A stretch of 64,000 nt of DNA from positions 3,616,001 to 3,680,000 of the forward strand of contig OY762721.1 of NCBI GenBank assembly GCA_963666345.1, written 5' to 3'. Shown here piece after piece: positions 10,540 through 21,061 of this stretch. The notes below the pieces were generated by a model. The model was not told the origin of the DNA. It worked only from the letters and a program-made list of their open reading frames with translations, and did no database searches. Each line of letters begins with the position of its first letter. Position 1 is the stretch's first letter. The translations under genes were made by a program, and so were the position numbers. This DNA is from Desulfatiglandales bacterium. GTDB taxonomy: Bacteria; Desulfobacterota; DSM-4660; Desulfatiglandales; Desulfatiglandaceae.

Positions 10540-10577
10540 AGCTATCCAACTATTTGATGACACAGCCATCCATATAC

Positions 10578-10700
10578 GGCTAAACACGGCTGAGCCGGCA
10601 GATGGAAAATGCCTAGCCTTTTTTTGAGGTGGATCATCGCTAAAGCAAATCGGATCTGACAATCTTCGAACTATTCCAACGCCTGATCTTTGCGTTAGGA
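10578..10700 (+). other. attC-like integron recombination site (degenerate)
   Basis: GGCTAAAC (R''-like) ... CCTGATCTTTGC-GTTAGGA (R' GTTRRR-like), ~123 bp, ending 20 bp before the next start codon. Confidence 0.45.
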
Positions 10701-10719
10701 AAGCAAAGTGTGTTTTCAT

Positions 10720-13700
10720 ATGAGCCAACTATTTAACATAGATAAATCGTTCATTAAAGCCGTTGATGATGTGACGGCCCGGGAACTTGTTGCAAGATTA
10801 TGTCGTGCAGAGCTAAGAGGCCAAGGGCTTCCCGAATCTGCTGTAACTTGGGGTGGTGATCAACGAGCCAAAGATGGTGGCGTCGATGTGCTCGTGGACT
10901 GTCCCAGCCCGCTTTGGGAGCCGGACTTCGTCAAGACGTCCCACACCGTATTTCAGGTCAAGGCGGAGTCATTCCCACCCTCAAAAATTAAAGAGGAGAT
11001 GGCTCCGGATGGCACTCTACGGCCAGCCATCGCGGAACTCCAAGAAACTCGTGGTTCCTATATCATAGTTTCGACCAAAGATGATGATACTTACTTGGCC
11101 TTAAAGCCAAGACGCGATGCTATCCATAACTGCCTCAGTGACCATGGTCTAGGCACCTCTGTTCAATCTGACTTCTACGACAGCCGACGTCTTGCTGATT
11201 GGGTAGAACAGCATCCTCAAATTGCAGCATGGCTTAGGCACAAGATAGGCGAGCCAATTAAGGGTTGGCGCCCCTACGGCGCCTGGGCCTACGATGAGCA
11301 CGATCTTGAGGCAGAGTACCTCATTGATGATCAAGTTAGAGTTTTCGTGCCAAATGCCGATGAGGGATGGTGTATAGAGGATGCAATCGCACAGATGCGG
11401 CAGGAATTAAAGCAAAGAGTTTCGATTAGGATTGTCGGTCTGTCTGGTGTTGGTAAAACAAGACTTGTGCAGGCCTTGTTTGATTCACGTGTGTGTCCTG
11501 ATTCCGCCGTCCCATCGTCCGAGAATGTCTTCTATGTCGATCTCGCTGATGAACCTGAACCACAACCACAAACGATGCTGAACACTTTGCAGGATCGCCT
11601 ATCAGATTCGATCGTTATAATTGATAATTGCAGCCCAGAAACTCATAAACAACTGATTGAAATCATCAAGCGTAATGGTAGCAAACTGAAGCTAATCACC
11701 ATAGAATATGACATTCGCGATGATTTACCTGAAAGCACGCTTTGCTACCGGCTGGAAGGCTCGTCCCCCGAGATTATCACAAAGCTCTTGAAGGTCCGAT
11801 ATGAAAATCTTTCAAATAATGATGTGAAACGCATAGCCGAATTTTCTAATGGCAATGCTCGCATGGCTTTTGCACTGGCATCAAACGTTGAGACAGGGGG
11901 GGAACTCTCGAGTTTGCGAGACCGAGACCTCTTCGATCGAGTGTTTCAGCAAAAGAATGATCCAAATGATGAGCTACTGCGTTGCGCACAAGCTGCGAGC
12001 CTTCTTTATTCATTTGATGGTTCTGATCAATCTGAAAATGGAGAGATTTCGCAACTTTGCGGTTTCGCAGAAGTAACGCCTTTGGCTTTTTCAAGGAACA
12101 TAGCGGAGCTAGAAAGCCGTGGCTTATTGCAGAAACGGGGGCGATGGCGGGCTCTTTTACCCCATGCGATAGCAAATGGCTTGGCGATACGTATGCTCCG
12201 ATATCTGCCTTGGGATCGTTTATATGATGTGCTCATCAAACATGGCGGTGAGCGGATCGCTCGATCATTCAGCAAGAGGTTGGGCTTTCTACACGATTGC
12301 CCGGAAGCAGTGCGGATGGCATCGCGAATGCTTGCTGGCGATGGAATGCTTGGGAATTTGATGTTGCTAACCGATTTTGAGCAGCAAATGTTTGTGAATC
12401 TGGCACCTGTAGATCCTGGAGGAGCATTGGCCGCTATCAGGCGTGCATCGGAGAATAAAAACTTTCTATCGACATACAACAGTTCCCGAGCGCGATTTGC
12501 CCGTGTTGCACGATTAATTGCCTATTATCCTACTTATTTCGATGAAGCAGTATCGATCCTAATTATATTCGCCTTGGCTGAACCGGAGGACTACCATTAC
12601 GAACCCGTTCGAGATATTTTGAAATCACTGTTTTTTTGTAGTCTATCGGGTACGAAGGCAAGTCCTGGGCAGCGACATGAAGTGGTTAAAAACCTCTTTT
12701 TAACAGATGGCAAAAAGGAGCACGAGCTTGGATTTGATTTGATACATGCTGGACTAGAGACTTCGCATTTCAGCACGCACTACGGTTTTGAGTTTGGTGC
12801 GAGACGACGAGATTATGGGTGGCATCCGCGATTCCAGGCTGACATAAAAGATTGGTTTCAACCATGGATTGAAATAATTACTACCATCGGGGAGCAGGAT
12901 AATGAGGATGGCTCCAAAGCGCGGACTATGCTGGGAGAAGCATTACCAGGCCTCTGGCGAGTAGGACTTGATGATGAGTTGGTTGATGCTGCGAAATTTT
13001 TACGGCCCATAGATGGCTGGCCCGAAGGATGGTTGGGTGTGCGGAGAATACTGCATTGGGGTGCAGATCAGCTTTTGCCACCATCGCTTGGCCAATTGAG
13101 AAAACTCGAGAAGACACTTAAACCTTCTGATTTAATGTCTGAGATTCGTGCGCGTCTCCTTGCACATGGCTCATTTGCTTATGATATTGAAATCGAAGAT
13201 GAGCTTGAAGTTGAAGATCGCGAACCAGTTTCAGCATCTGGGAAGATCCAAAAGTCGCGGTTGAAAGCTGAGAAGCTTGGTGCTAAGGCAGCCATTTCAC
13301 CCCCGCTAATAGAAGTTCTAATTCCAGATCTTATTTCCACGGGCTGCAGCGCTGTGATCTACAACTTTGGCTTGGGAATCGGAAGGCATCATAATGATAT
13401 GGCTGGACTGTTGCAGGCTGTGCGGACCCATATCGAACGTATTGACTCTCGCGATCTGAGCCTGATCTGGGTGAGAGGTCTGATAGCAGGATGGAAGGAG
13501 ACTAATCCCGACGCTGTCGAATCTTTCTTGGATGGCGCAATCGATGATGTTGTATGGCGCGTTTGGTTTGTTGAGCTTCAATGTCAGGCAAGTCTTAATA
13601 CGAGAGCCTTTCATCGTCTTGTTCGAGTGCTAGATTCGAGGCATTGCCCGACGGGGCAATTCGGGTATCTTGCCTTAGGTCGTGTGACAGACCCTCTAAC

Positions 13701-14568
13701 TGTTTCACAGATTATGGAGCTATCAAAAAAATTGACGTTGAGACCCGACCATGGCCTATTAACAGCAATTGAGCTTCTTTCTATGGTTATTCACTGTTTA
13801 GACAAAAAAAATGATCAGTATAAAGACGAACTTGCCAAGGCGCTTTTAGAGTTTCTTGGCTACGTAGACTGGTCACTCTTGAACGAAGACAATGCAAAGA
13901 TGGACTATGATCTTCACGTTGTTTTGGAGTTTTCCTTGAAGTCGGCCAAATCTGTGGATAATATCGCCCCGATACTCAGAAGTATACTGCAAACGTTTGA
14001 TAACGATCAGCTACGTTACGACCAAGCTAGAAAGATTATTCTGAAGCTATTTTTTACGTATTTCCCGAAACTTGCATTGGAAATGATTTGCGTGCCGGAT
14101 GAAGATGGAACATTTCAACGGTTAGAGGAACTCGTCTCCGATGTACACTCAGACCGGAATGAAACAATCCTCGGAGTCGTCTCAAAAGATGCTTTAATTG
14201 ATTGGTGCAATGAAAAGCCGGATACTCGCTATTCGTTTGTTGCAAGTACCTGTAAATTGTTTGATAAGCAAGATGATGAAAAAATGTCTTTAACAATTTC
14301 TGACACCGCCAGGGCTCTTTTGGAAGCGGCCCCAAACAAGACGACCGTTATTAAGAAATTTGTCATACGTTTTTATCCGAGCGGTTGGTCTGGTTCACTC
14401 GCAGGCATTCTTGAAAAGAGGCTTCCCTTACTCGATTATTTGGCTATTAGTGGTGATGAAACTGTAAATCTGGAAATTGAGTCCGCTAAAGCAAAACTCC
14501 AAAACTACATTGATACGGTTAGAAAGCGTGAAACGAAGGAAGAGTCACAAAATTTAAGTTTTGAGTAA
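10720..14568 (+). CDS. large putative PD-(D/E)xK nuclease + STAND-like P-loop NTPase + helical C-terminal domain protein
   Basis: N-terminal DGGVD..FQVK, Walker A GLSGVGKT, Walker B IVIIDNC, long Leu/Ala-rich C-terminus; ~1282 aa. Confidence 0.7.
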   Translation: MSQLFNIDKSFIKAVDDVTARELVARLCRAELRGQGLPESAVTWGGDQRAKDGGVDVLVDCPSPLWEPDFVKTSHTVFQVKAESFPPSKIKEEMAPDGTLRPAIAELQETRGSYIIVSTKDDDTYLALKPRRDAIHNCLSDHGLGTSVQSDFYDSRRLADWVEQHPQIAAWLRHKIGEPIKGWRPYGAWAYDEHDLEAEYLIDDQVRVFVPNADEGWCIEDAIAQMRQELKQRVSIRIVGLSGVGKTRLVQALFDSRVCPDSAVPSSENVFYVDLADEPEPQPQTMLNTLQDRLSDSIVIIDNCSPETHKQLIEIIKRNGSKLKLITIEYDIRDDLPESTLCYRLEGSSPEIITKLLKVRYENLSNNDVKRIAEFSNGNARMAFALASNVETGGELSSLRDRDLFDRVFQQKNDPNDELLRCAQAASLLYSFDGSDQSENGEISQLCGFAEVTPLAFSRNIAELESRGLLQKRGRWRALLPHAIANGLAIRMLRYLPWDRLYDVLIKHGGERIARSFSKRLGFLHDCPEAVRMASRMLAGDGMLGNLMLLTDFEQQMFVNLAPVDPGGALAAIRRASENKNFLSTYNSSRARFARVARLIAYYPTYFDEAVSILIIFALAEPEDYHYEPVRDILKSLFFCSLSGTKASPGQRHEVVKNLFLTDGKKEHELGFDLIHAGLETSHFSTHYGFEFGARRRDYGWHPRFQADIKDWFQPWIEIITTIGEQDNEDGSKARTMLGEALPGLWRVGLDDELVDAAKFLRPIDGWPEGWLGVRRILHWGADQLLPPSLGQLRKLEKTLKPSDLMSEIRARLLAHGSFAYDIEIEDELEVEDREPVSASGKIQKSRLKAEKLGAKAAISPPLIEVLIPDLISTGCSAVIYNFGLGIGRHHNDMAGLLQAVRTHIERIDSRDLSLIWVRGLIAGWKETNPDAVESFLDGAIDDVVWRVWFVELQCQASLNTRAFHRLVRVLDSRHCPTGQFGYLALGRVTDPLTVSQIMELSKKLTLRPDHGLLTAIELLSMVIHCLDKKNDQYKDELAKALLEFLGYVDWSLLNEDNAKMDYDLHVVLEFSLKSAKSVDNIAPILRSILQTFDNDQLRYDQARKIILKLFFTYFPKLALEMICVPDEDGTFQRLEELVSDVHSDRNETILGVVSKDALIDWCNEKPDTRYSFVASTCKLFDKQDDEKMSLTISDTARALLEAAPNKTTVIKKFVIRFYPSGWSGSLAGILEKRLPLLDYLAISGDETVNLEIESAKAKLQNYIDTVRKRETKEESQNLSFE

Positions 14569-14871
14569 CTGACGGGAATTTGGATAGTCGAACATAATGG
14601 GAAAATATAATCAAGGCGCCCGGAAGGTTAATTTAATGGTCAGAAATAAGCACTAAGCAGATTAACCGACAAAGAATTAGTCGGTAGATTTTAACCCCCC
14701 TCCCTCATCATAGATATCCTTTGAAATTAAAACAAATAGAATAAAGAGTGTGCGATATTGCCAGAAGCTGTTCTATTTTCTTGCGCGCGACTTATCGCGC
14801 AAAATAAATCCGGTGGGTTTGTCGTGGAATTTCGGGAGTTCCACGACTACCTCCCTTTAGGGGCGCGGTAA

Positions 14872-15189
14872 TTCCCGGATATTTTCTTCATCCAGACCTA
14901 CCATGCGGCAGATAACCCATATTTTCTTTCCGCTATCACCCCCAGCCTGAACCAGGGCTTTGTCCTCTATCATGGCAGACCCACCGGGATCGAAGCCTAT
15001 GAAGAGGAAGGCTATATCCACTTAAAGAAGTACCTTAGAAGGAAAACAAGACCTGACGTCACAGTTACCTTTAAAGATGGCAGTACGTTTAAGAGCATCC
15101 GGGAAAACCCTCTTATCCTTGACTATTTGAAAAATGCTAAGGGCCTGCCTGGAAGGCAGATCCTTAAGATCGAAGGCTATGGTGAGTAG
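14872..15189 (+). pseudogene. 5'-truncated gene remnant of unknown function
   Basis: Stop-free frame of ~105 codons (DIFFIQTYHAADNPYF...KIEGYGE*) with no start near its 5' end; not in the ORF track. Confidence 0.5.
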
Positions 15190-15661
15190 GAAGCATGGGA
15201 TTGATCGGTTTTTCTGAAAATAGCAGCATGCGCCTCAAGTGCTTTCTTTTGCAATATATCATTAAGGTAAATGTAACATTATAAGTTTGCTACAAATTGG
15301 ATTTTTGAAATGGATGATATTTTCAATCTTTGGAAATACACCCCAAATGAATTAGCAGGAAAACCACGCATGCTTTGTCCATAATCCCTTATGGTTTAGG
15401 ATACCAAGCTATCGTCTGATTTATGTTTTTTATATTGTTTAAAATGCTTAGGAATGGTCTTAGTTTAGATTTAAAAAAAACCAAAGGAAAAATATTTCCT
15501 TGACATATTATAACATGTACTATAGTGTACGATCATGATATCATTTCATGCTGAAAAAAGTGCTATATGGTCTCCTGCTTTTTCCAAGAATGATAGAAGC
15601 GCAGTATTTTTATAAATCCTTAATAACAGGATTCGGTAGGCATAATTATGGAGGGAAAACT

Positions 15662-16921
15662 ATGAAGGGCAAGAATGTTATACTGATCACAATGGATGAA
15701 GTGCGCCATGACCATTTGAGTTGTTACGGATACACTAGAATAAATACTCCAAATTTGGACTATTTTGCGCATGATGGTGTCCTTTTTGAAACGGTCGCTT
15801 CTACAACCTGCTTTACTCCGATCAGTCATGCCACAATTTTGACGGGAGTTTACCCTAGTAAACACAATATGAGGGATCCTTTTTCTATGCCTGAATGGAA
15901 AATGATATCGGAAATTTTCAAGGAAAATGGATACGCTACAGCCGGTTTTGTTGGAGTTAATCTTATTGGGAAGGCAAACGGTTTTGACAAAGGTTTCCTG
16001 ACATTTGATGAACCTAAGCATGAAGAGGTCTGGAAAATTTCAGACTTTGCTGGAGATGATAGAGGTGAACTACTTTGGGGTAATTGGTGGATTCCACGTA
16101 TGCTGGAGTGGGTTAGATTTGTGGATAAACCGTTTTTCATATGGTGCCACTATTTCGATGTGCATCAAGCTGCAGAGAATATTTTATTGGAACTAGGTAA
16201 GATCAAGGAAGGAGTCATGCCCGAATACGGCTACTATGATCCAAAAATTGAATATATGGATAAGGCATTTTTCGGTCCTTTAAGGGAAGTGCTTTCCGAC
16301 CTTCAAATCGAAGATGAAACTACAGTTTTGATTACCTCTGACCACGGTACGAATCTTGAAGAACACGAGGTCCCTCCTTTCCCTCATCTGGATTTGGTCT
16401 ATCCACAGCATACAACTATGTATGATTGTGACTTGTTAGTCCCTCTTATTATAAAAGATATGGACGTCCCCAAGAATAAAGTGATCCCAGGAATGGTCCG
16501 AACAGTAGATATAGTGCCAACCTTACTCGATCTGGCGGGCATGGCTATTCCTGATGACTTAGATGGGGTATCGTTATGCTCATTTATTAAAAATGGAAAG
16601 GCGGAAGGACTGCTGGCATATGCTGAGGAGCTTTATGAGAAAAGAGGGCCAGGGGATTTTCAGGCAATTCGTGATGATTTGCATAAGTATATAATAGATC
16701 ATCGGAATGGTGGGCAGGAAGAATTTTACGATATAAAATCAGATCCAGTCGAGAAAACCAATTTAATGGATTCTTTATCAAAAAACCAAGAAAATATTTT
16801 AACGAATTGGAGAAATATTTGCGAAGAATACAGACCTCGAAAAGATTCTACTTTTAAAATGGACAATGAGGTAAAGGAAAAACTAACAGAAAGATTACAA
16901 ATGCTTGGATATATAGAATAA
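15662..16921 (+). CDS. sulfatase-like hydrolase (alkaline phosphatase superfamily), non-canonical motif
   Basis: NVILITMDEVR, TPISHATILTG, HYFDVH, SDHG, C-terminal LQMLGY; GGAGG RBS before ATG 15662. Confidence 0.85.
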   Translation: MKGKNVILITMDEVRHDHLSCYGYTRINTPNLDYFAHDGVLFETVASTTCFTPISHATILTGVYPSKHNMRDPFSMPEWKMISEIFKENGYATAGFVGVNLIGKANGFDKGFLTFDEPKHEEVWKISDFAGDDRGELLWGNWWIPRMLEWVRFVDKPFFIWCHYFDVHQAAENILLELGKIKEGVMPEYGYYDPKIEYMDKAFFGPLREVLSDLQIEDETTVLITSDHGTNLEEHEVPPFPHLDLVYPQHTTMYDCDLLVPLIIKDMDVPKNKVIPGMVRTVDIVPTLLDLAGMAIPDDLDGVSLCSFIKNGKAEGLLAYAEELYEKRGPGDFQAIRDDLHKYIIDHRNGGQEEFYDIKSDPVEKTNLMDSLSKNQENILTNWRNICEEYRPRKDSTFKMDNEVKEKLTERLQMLGYIE

Positions 16922-17103
16922 GAATATGGTGAAAGAATTATAACTGCAAAAGGTGCTAATAGGTGGAATGTTTATTAAGTATTCACAAAATGAAGAATAT
17001 CGTAATAAGGGGGTGATGCTAAAGCGCTTTATGAATTGGCTAAATGACAGTTAATAATTATTAAAGAGCCTGCACATTTGGCACAGGAAAAGGAGGTTTA
17101 AGC

Positions 17104-18165
17104 ATGGAAACGATGATTTCTGATAGAGGAAGTGGAAAGAGAAGTTTGGCTACTCTTGTTATTGTAATTCTTCTGTTGTTTGCGTTCAGTGTTACCTCAT
17201 TCGCAGGTCAAAAAGTTAAATTTGTTTATTCCAGTGTTCATATGGGATATCTGCCAAGAATTGTAGCCTTGGAGAATGATTTTTTTACTCAGGAAGGTTT
17301 GGAGGTTGAGGCTATAAATATTCCAGGTGGGTCCAAGGCAGCTGCAGCATTGTTGGGTGGAAGTGCGGACATTGTAAATCTTGCATATTTTCATGCTCTG
17401 AAGGCAGCCCGAAAAGGATTTGATGTGGTAGCCTTTGGCTGTCCGCTAAATCAGTGGCCTTTGGCATATTTGATGAAAGCAGAGATGATGGAAAAAAAGG
17501 GGATTACTGTCCAGTCAAGTATTGATGACAAAATACATGCAATGAAAGGCTTGGTTGTAGGATGCACATCACCTGGAAGCGGTACCGACTTAATCCCGCG
17601 CGCTTTTCTAAAAAATAGAGGTATTGATCCAGCTACTGAGGTAAAAATGGTGCCATTCGGAAAATGGAAAGCAGGGGTGGCTGCATTTGAAAAGGGCAAG
17701 ATTGATATATATCAATGGGTCTCTCCGATTCCTGAATTGCTTGAACAAAAGGGAACTGGAAAAATCTTATTCAGCATGGCTCGAGGCGATGTGCCGGAAT
17801 TTGATGGATATATGTGGGACAGCTATTTTACTACAAGAGAATATATGGACAAAAACCCTGAGGTGTTGGTTGCCTTCACCAAAGCAATAATAAAAGCAAT
17901 GGATTACATTCACAGTAATAAAGAAGGCACAATGAAAATTATTGCCAAGACATGGAAAGAGGCTGGCCCTGAACTTCTTGACGCAGCCTATGAAAATATA
18001 AACCGTGCTGTACCGAAGGATCCAAGACTTACAAAGGCCGGCTGGGAAATAAATATGAAGCTGCATTTTTCTGATGCAAAAGGAGTCGAAAAAGAAAGGA
18101 TAGCCTACGAAAAGACGGCAACAAATGAATTTGTGGAAAAGGCTTTGAAGGAATTAGGTAGGTGA
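17104..18165 (+). CDS. ABC transporter substrate-binding protein, NitT/TauT (SsuA/THI5-like)
   Basis: Signal peptide, FFTQEGLEVE, GGSKAAAALLGGSAD, GCTSPGSGTD. Confidence 0.85.
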   Translation: METMISDRGSGKRSLATLVIVILLLFAFSVTSFAGQKVKFVYSSVHMGYLPRIVALENDFFTQEGLEVEAINIPGGSKAAAALLGGSADIVNLAYFHALKAARKGFDVVAFGCPLNQWPLAYLMKAEMMEKKGITVQSSIDDKIHAMKGLVVGCTSPGSGTDLIPRAFLKNRGIDPATEVKMVPFGKWKAGVAAFEKGKIDIYQWVSPIPELLEQKGTGKILFSMARGDVPEFDGYMWDSYFTTREYMDKNPEVLVAFTKAIIKAMDYIHSNKEGTMKIIAKTWKEAGPELLDAAYENINRAVPKDPRLTKAGWEINMKLHFSDAKGVEKERIAYEKTATNEFVEKALKELGR

Positions 18166-18171
18166 ACAATA

Positions 18172-18207
18172 GGCGGAAGTGATTGCCATATCAGATTCTC
18201 TTCCGCC
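18172..18207 (+). terminator. intergenic stem-loop after the SBP gene
   Basis: GGCGGAAG ... CTTCCGCC inverted repeat. Confidence 0.45.
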
Positions 18208-18320
18208 ATTATTCCAATTAGAGACTGAAAATTTGTACTGCATTTAATTGTTCAAAACTAAAAAGAAATAGCAACACTTTAAGGTCAAATATTACAAAAA
18301 ATTAACTTCGTAGTTTATCG

Positions 18321-19175
18321 ATGGTACGAAAGAAAAGCATGGAATCAAAAGCATTACATGGTCACGATCCCTTAAACCCCCGAATACTTAGAAGTAATTT
18401 TGAAAGTAATTTGCGAAAACGGTCTCGAAATTTATGGGGCTTAAGGTTAGTTTTTGGTATTGGGATCATTTCGTTTTGGGAATTGGCGTCAAGATGTCTT
18501 ATCGATCCCTTTTGGATTAGCATGCCTTCTAATATTGTGGTTAGGCTGAGGCAATGGTATTTTACAGGATTCATATTTGAACATTTATGGATTACTTTAG
18601 CGGAAATGGCAGTCGGTTTCGCAATTGGATTAGTGTTGGCGGTAGCCGCAGGCCTTTTGTTGGGAACGAGAAAGAGCCTTGCTGAGGTATTGGATCCTTT
18701 TATGATGGCCATATGGAGCGTTCCGGGTATTGTGTTTGGCCCCCTTTTTATCCTCTACTTTGGGATTGGATTTACAGCCAAAATGGTTCTTGTAGCTGTA
18801 ACGGTATTTTTCCTGATTTTCTTTAATACCTTTACTGGGGTTAGAGAGGTGAATCAGGAGTGGATAAATGTAATGCGAATTATGGGCGCTTCCAATGGCA
18901 AGATATTTAGAAAAGTTGTTTTACCTGCTTCAGCTGTTTGGATTTTTGCAAGCTTTAAAAACGCAATTCCCTATACAATGGTCGCTGCAGTAGTGGGAGA
19001 ATTGATTGCCTCACAAAAAGGGCTCGGATTTTTAATTGAAGATGCCTCAAGCGTTATGGATACCACTGGAGTTTTTGCGGGGCTTTTTAACTTAATGGTT
19101 ATAGGATTGATTCTTAATCAAGTGGTTGAACATATCGAAAAAAAGGTTTTGCATTGGAAAAACAGAGAACAATGA
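18321..19175 (+). CDS. ABC transporter permease (NitT/TauT family)
   Basis: Hydrophobic helices, RIMGAS..IFRKVVLP EAA-like loop, AVVGELIAS..GLG. Confidence 0.88.
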   Translation: MVRKKSMESKALHGHDPLNPRILRSNFESNLRKRSRNLWGLRLVFGIGIISFWELASRCLIDPFWISMPSNIVVRLRQWYFTGFIFEHLWITLAEMAVGFAIGLVLAVAAGLLLGTRKSLAEVLDPFMMAIWSVPGIVFGPLFILYFGIGFTAKMVLVAVTVFFLIFFNTFTGVREVNQEWINVMRIMGASNGKIFRKVVLPASAVWIFASFKNAIPYTMVAAVVGELIASQKGLGFLIEDASSVMDTTGVFAGLFNLMVIGLILNQVVEHIEKKVLHWKNREQ

Positions 19176-19969
19176 ATACTAAAAAAGTCATCGATGTACA
19201 AAATGTCTATAAGTGGTTTATTACCCGCGCGAACGATATACTTGCCTTGGAAGACTGTTCGTTGACAATTAAAAAGGGTGAATTCTTTGCCTTTGTAGGA
19301 CCTTCCGGTTGCGGTAAATCAACTCTTTTGAACATAATTGCTGGTCTTATGTTTCCGACAGCAGGAAGAGTTATCTATGAGGGGGAAGAACTTAAAACTG
19401 TGAATCAAAAAGTTGGGTATATTACGCAGCACGATTCAATTTTTCCATGGCTTACTGTCGAAGAAAATGTCGGGATATCATTAGAAGTAAGAAAAAATGC
19501 TAAAAGCTACGATATCAATCCTTCAGATAAAATTCATGAATTCATAAAATTAGTAGGATTAGAAGGTTTTGAAAAGCATTTTCCTTCCCAGCTCTCTGGA
19601 GGTATGAGGAAACGAGTTGGACTAGCTAGAACGTTAATCTATGAACCACAAGCTTTGCTTCTTGATGAACCATTCGGCGCTTTAGATGCACAGTTAAAAT
19701 TAGTTCTACAAGGAGAACTTCTTAAAATATGGAATGCAACGAAAAAAACAATGGTTTTTGTAACACATGATTTGGGAGAGGCGATTGCTCTAGCTGATTA
19801 TGTTGTAGTTTTCACCGGTCGGCCAGGGAAAATTAAACTTATCAAAAAGATTCCTATACCAAGACCAAGAGATGTGTTTCAGATTAGGTTTTCCAAGGAA
19901 TTCGGCAACCTTTATGAGGAAATATGGGAGTCTCTGCAGCAAGAGGTCGCAAAAGGTGAAGAATTATGA
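19172..19969 (+). CDS. ABC transporter ATP-binding protein (NitT/TauT family)
   Basis: GPSGCGKST, LSGGMRKR, LLLDEPFGALD, VTHD; ATGA overlap with the upstream gene. Confidence 0.92.
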   Translation: MNTKKVIDVQNVYKWFITRANDILALEDCSLTIKKGEFFAFVGPSGCGKSTLLNIIAGLMFPTAGRVIYEGEELKTVNQKVGYITQHDSIFPWLTVEENVGISLEVRKNAKSYDINPSDKIHEFIKLVGLEGFEKHFPSQLSGGMRKRVGLARTLIYEPQALLLDEPFGALDAQLKLVLQGELLKIWNATKKTMVFVTHDLGEAIALADYVVVFTGRPGKIKLIKKIPIPRPRDVFQIRFSKEFGNLYEEIWESLQQEVAKGEEL

Positions 19970-20799
19970 GCAGTAAGAGTTCAATGGAAGTCCATGGTAT
20001 AGACCTTGAGGCCTTAAGGAAAGCTTCCCTGCCATCTTTTTATCAGCGCTATATCAAGATCCAGATCTATCGATTGATTTTACTTGGATGTTTCCTTTTA
20101 GTTTGGCAGCTGATTTCAGGCTGGATTATCCCTGCCAACTGGATTGCAAGTCCAATTCTTCTATTTGAAAAGGGATGGGAGTGGATATCAACGGGATTAC
20201 TTTTTTACCACTTGAAAGCAACGATTATTGAAATGGTGATAGGCGCGGTTTTGGGTACTTTTTTAGCTGTTTTTACGGGCTTTATTATGGGATCAAGCAA
20301 GCTGATAGCAGATGCTCTTCTACCATATGTCGCAGCAGTATATGGAATCCCAAGGATTGCTATGGCCCCGCTTTTTGTAATCTGGTTCGGCATTGGGATC
20401 ACTTCGAAGGTTGCCCTAGTAACGGTAGTAGTCTATTTCCTGGTATTCTTCAATGCCTTTGTAGGGGCGCGGAATGTTGAAGAGATTTATATTAACACTT
20501 TGCGTATTATGGGGGCATCTCGATTTAATATATTGAGAAGAGTCGTGCTTCCCCATGCAGCAGGATGGGTTTTCAGCGGTCTACGCCTTGCATTGCCTCG
20601 AGCTTTAATAGCTGCAGTGGTTGGAGAAATAATTTCATCGAACAAAGGCCTTGGATATCTAATCGAAGAATCAGGTGGTTTTTTTGATGTAGCTGGAATT
20701 TTGGTTGCAGTGAGTGTGCTGGCAGTATTGGGAGTTTTTCTCAATTCAATTGTAAATTGGATGGAAGTTAGAACCAATAGATACAGATTTATAGAATAA
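19966..20799 (+). CDS. second ABC transporter permease (NitT/TauT family)
   Basis: IPRIAMAPLFVIWFGIG, RIMGAS, AVVGEIISS..GLG. Confidence 0.88.
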   Translation: MSSKSSMEVHGIDLEALRKASLPSFYQRYIKIQIYRLILLGCFLLVWQLISGWIIPANWIASPILLFEKGWEWISTGLLFYHLKATIIEMVIGAVLGTFLAVFTGFIMGSSKLIADALLPYVAAVYGIPRIAMAPLFVIWFGIGITSKVALVTVVVYFLVFFNAFVGARNVEEIYINTLRIMGASRFNILRRVVLPHAAGWVFSGLRLALPRALIAAVVGEIISSNKGLGYLIEESGGFFDVAGILVAVSVLAVLGVFLNSIVNWMEVRTNRYRFIE

Positions 20800-21061
20800 T
20801 ACAATCACAGAACATACAGACTTATTAAAATAACTTTTAGAAGTGAAGCCAGTGTAAAAATATTTCATATAAATTAGGTATGAACTCTGTAAGTCATAAT
20901 AGTAATTTTTATAGTAGAAATGAGCAGTGATTAAGATAAATGTTACTTTGGTTTTATGATGAATATTAACAATAATTAGACTTGACTTTGTGATCTATGG
21001 ATATATGTCCAGATGATCAATATGGTGAGTCAGTTTAGAAAAGTAAAGATGTAGGTATGCA

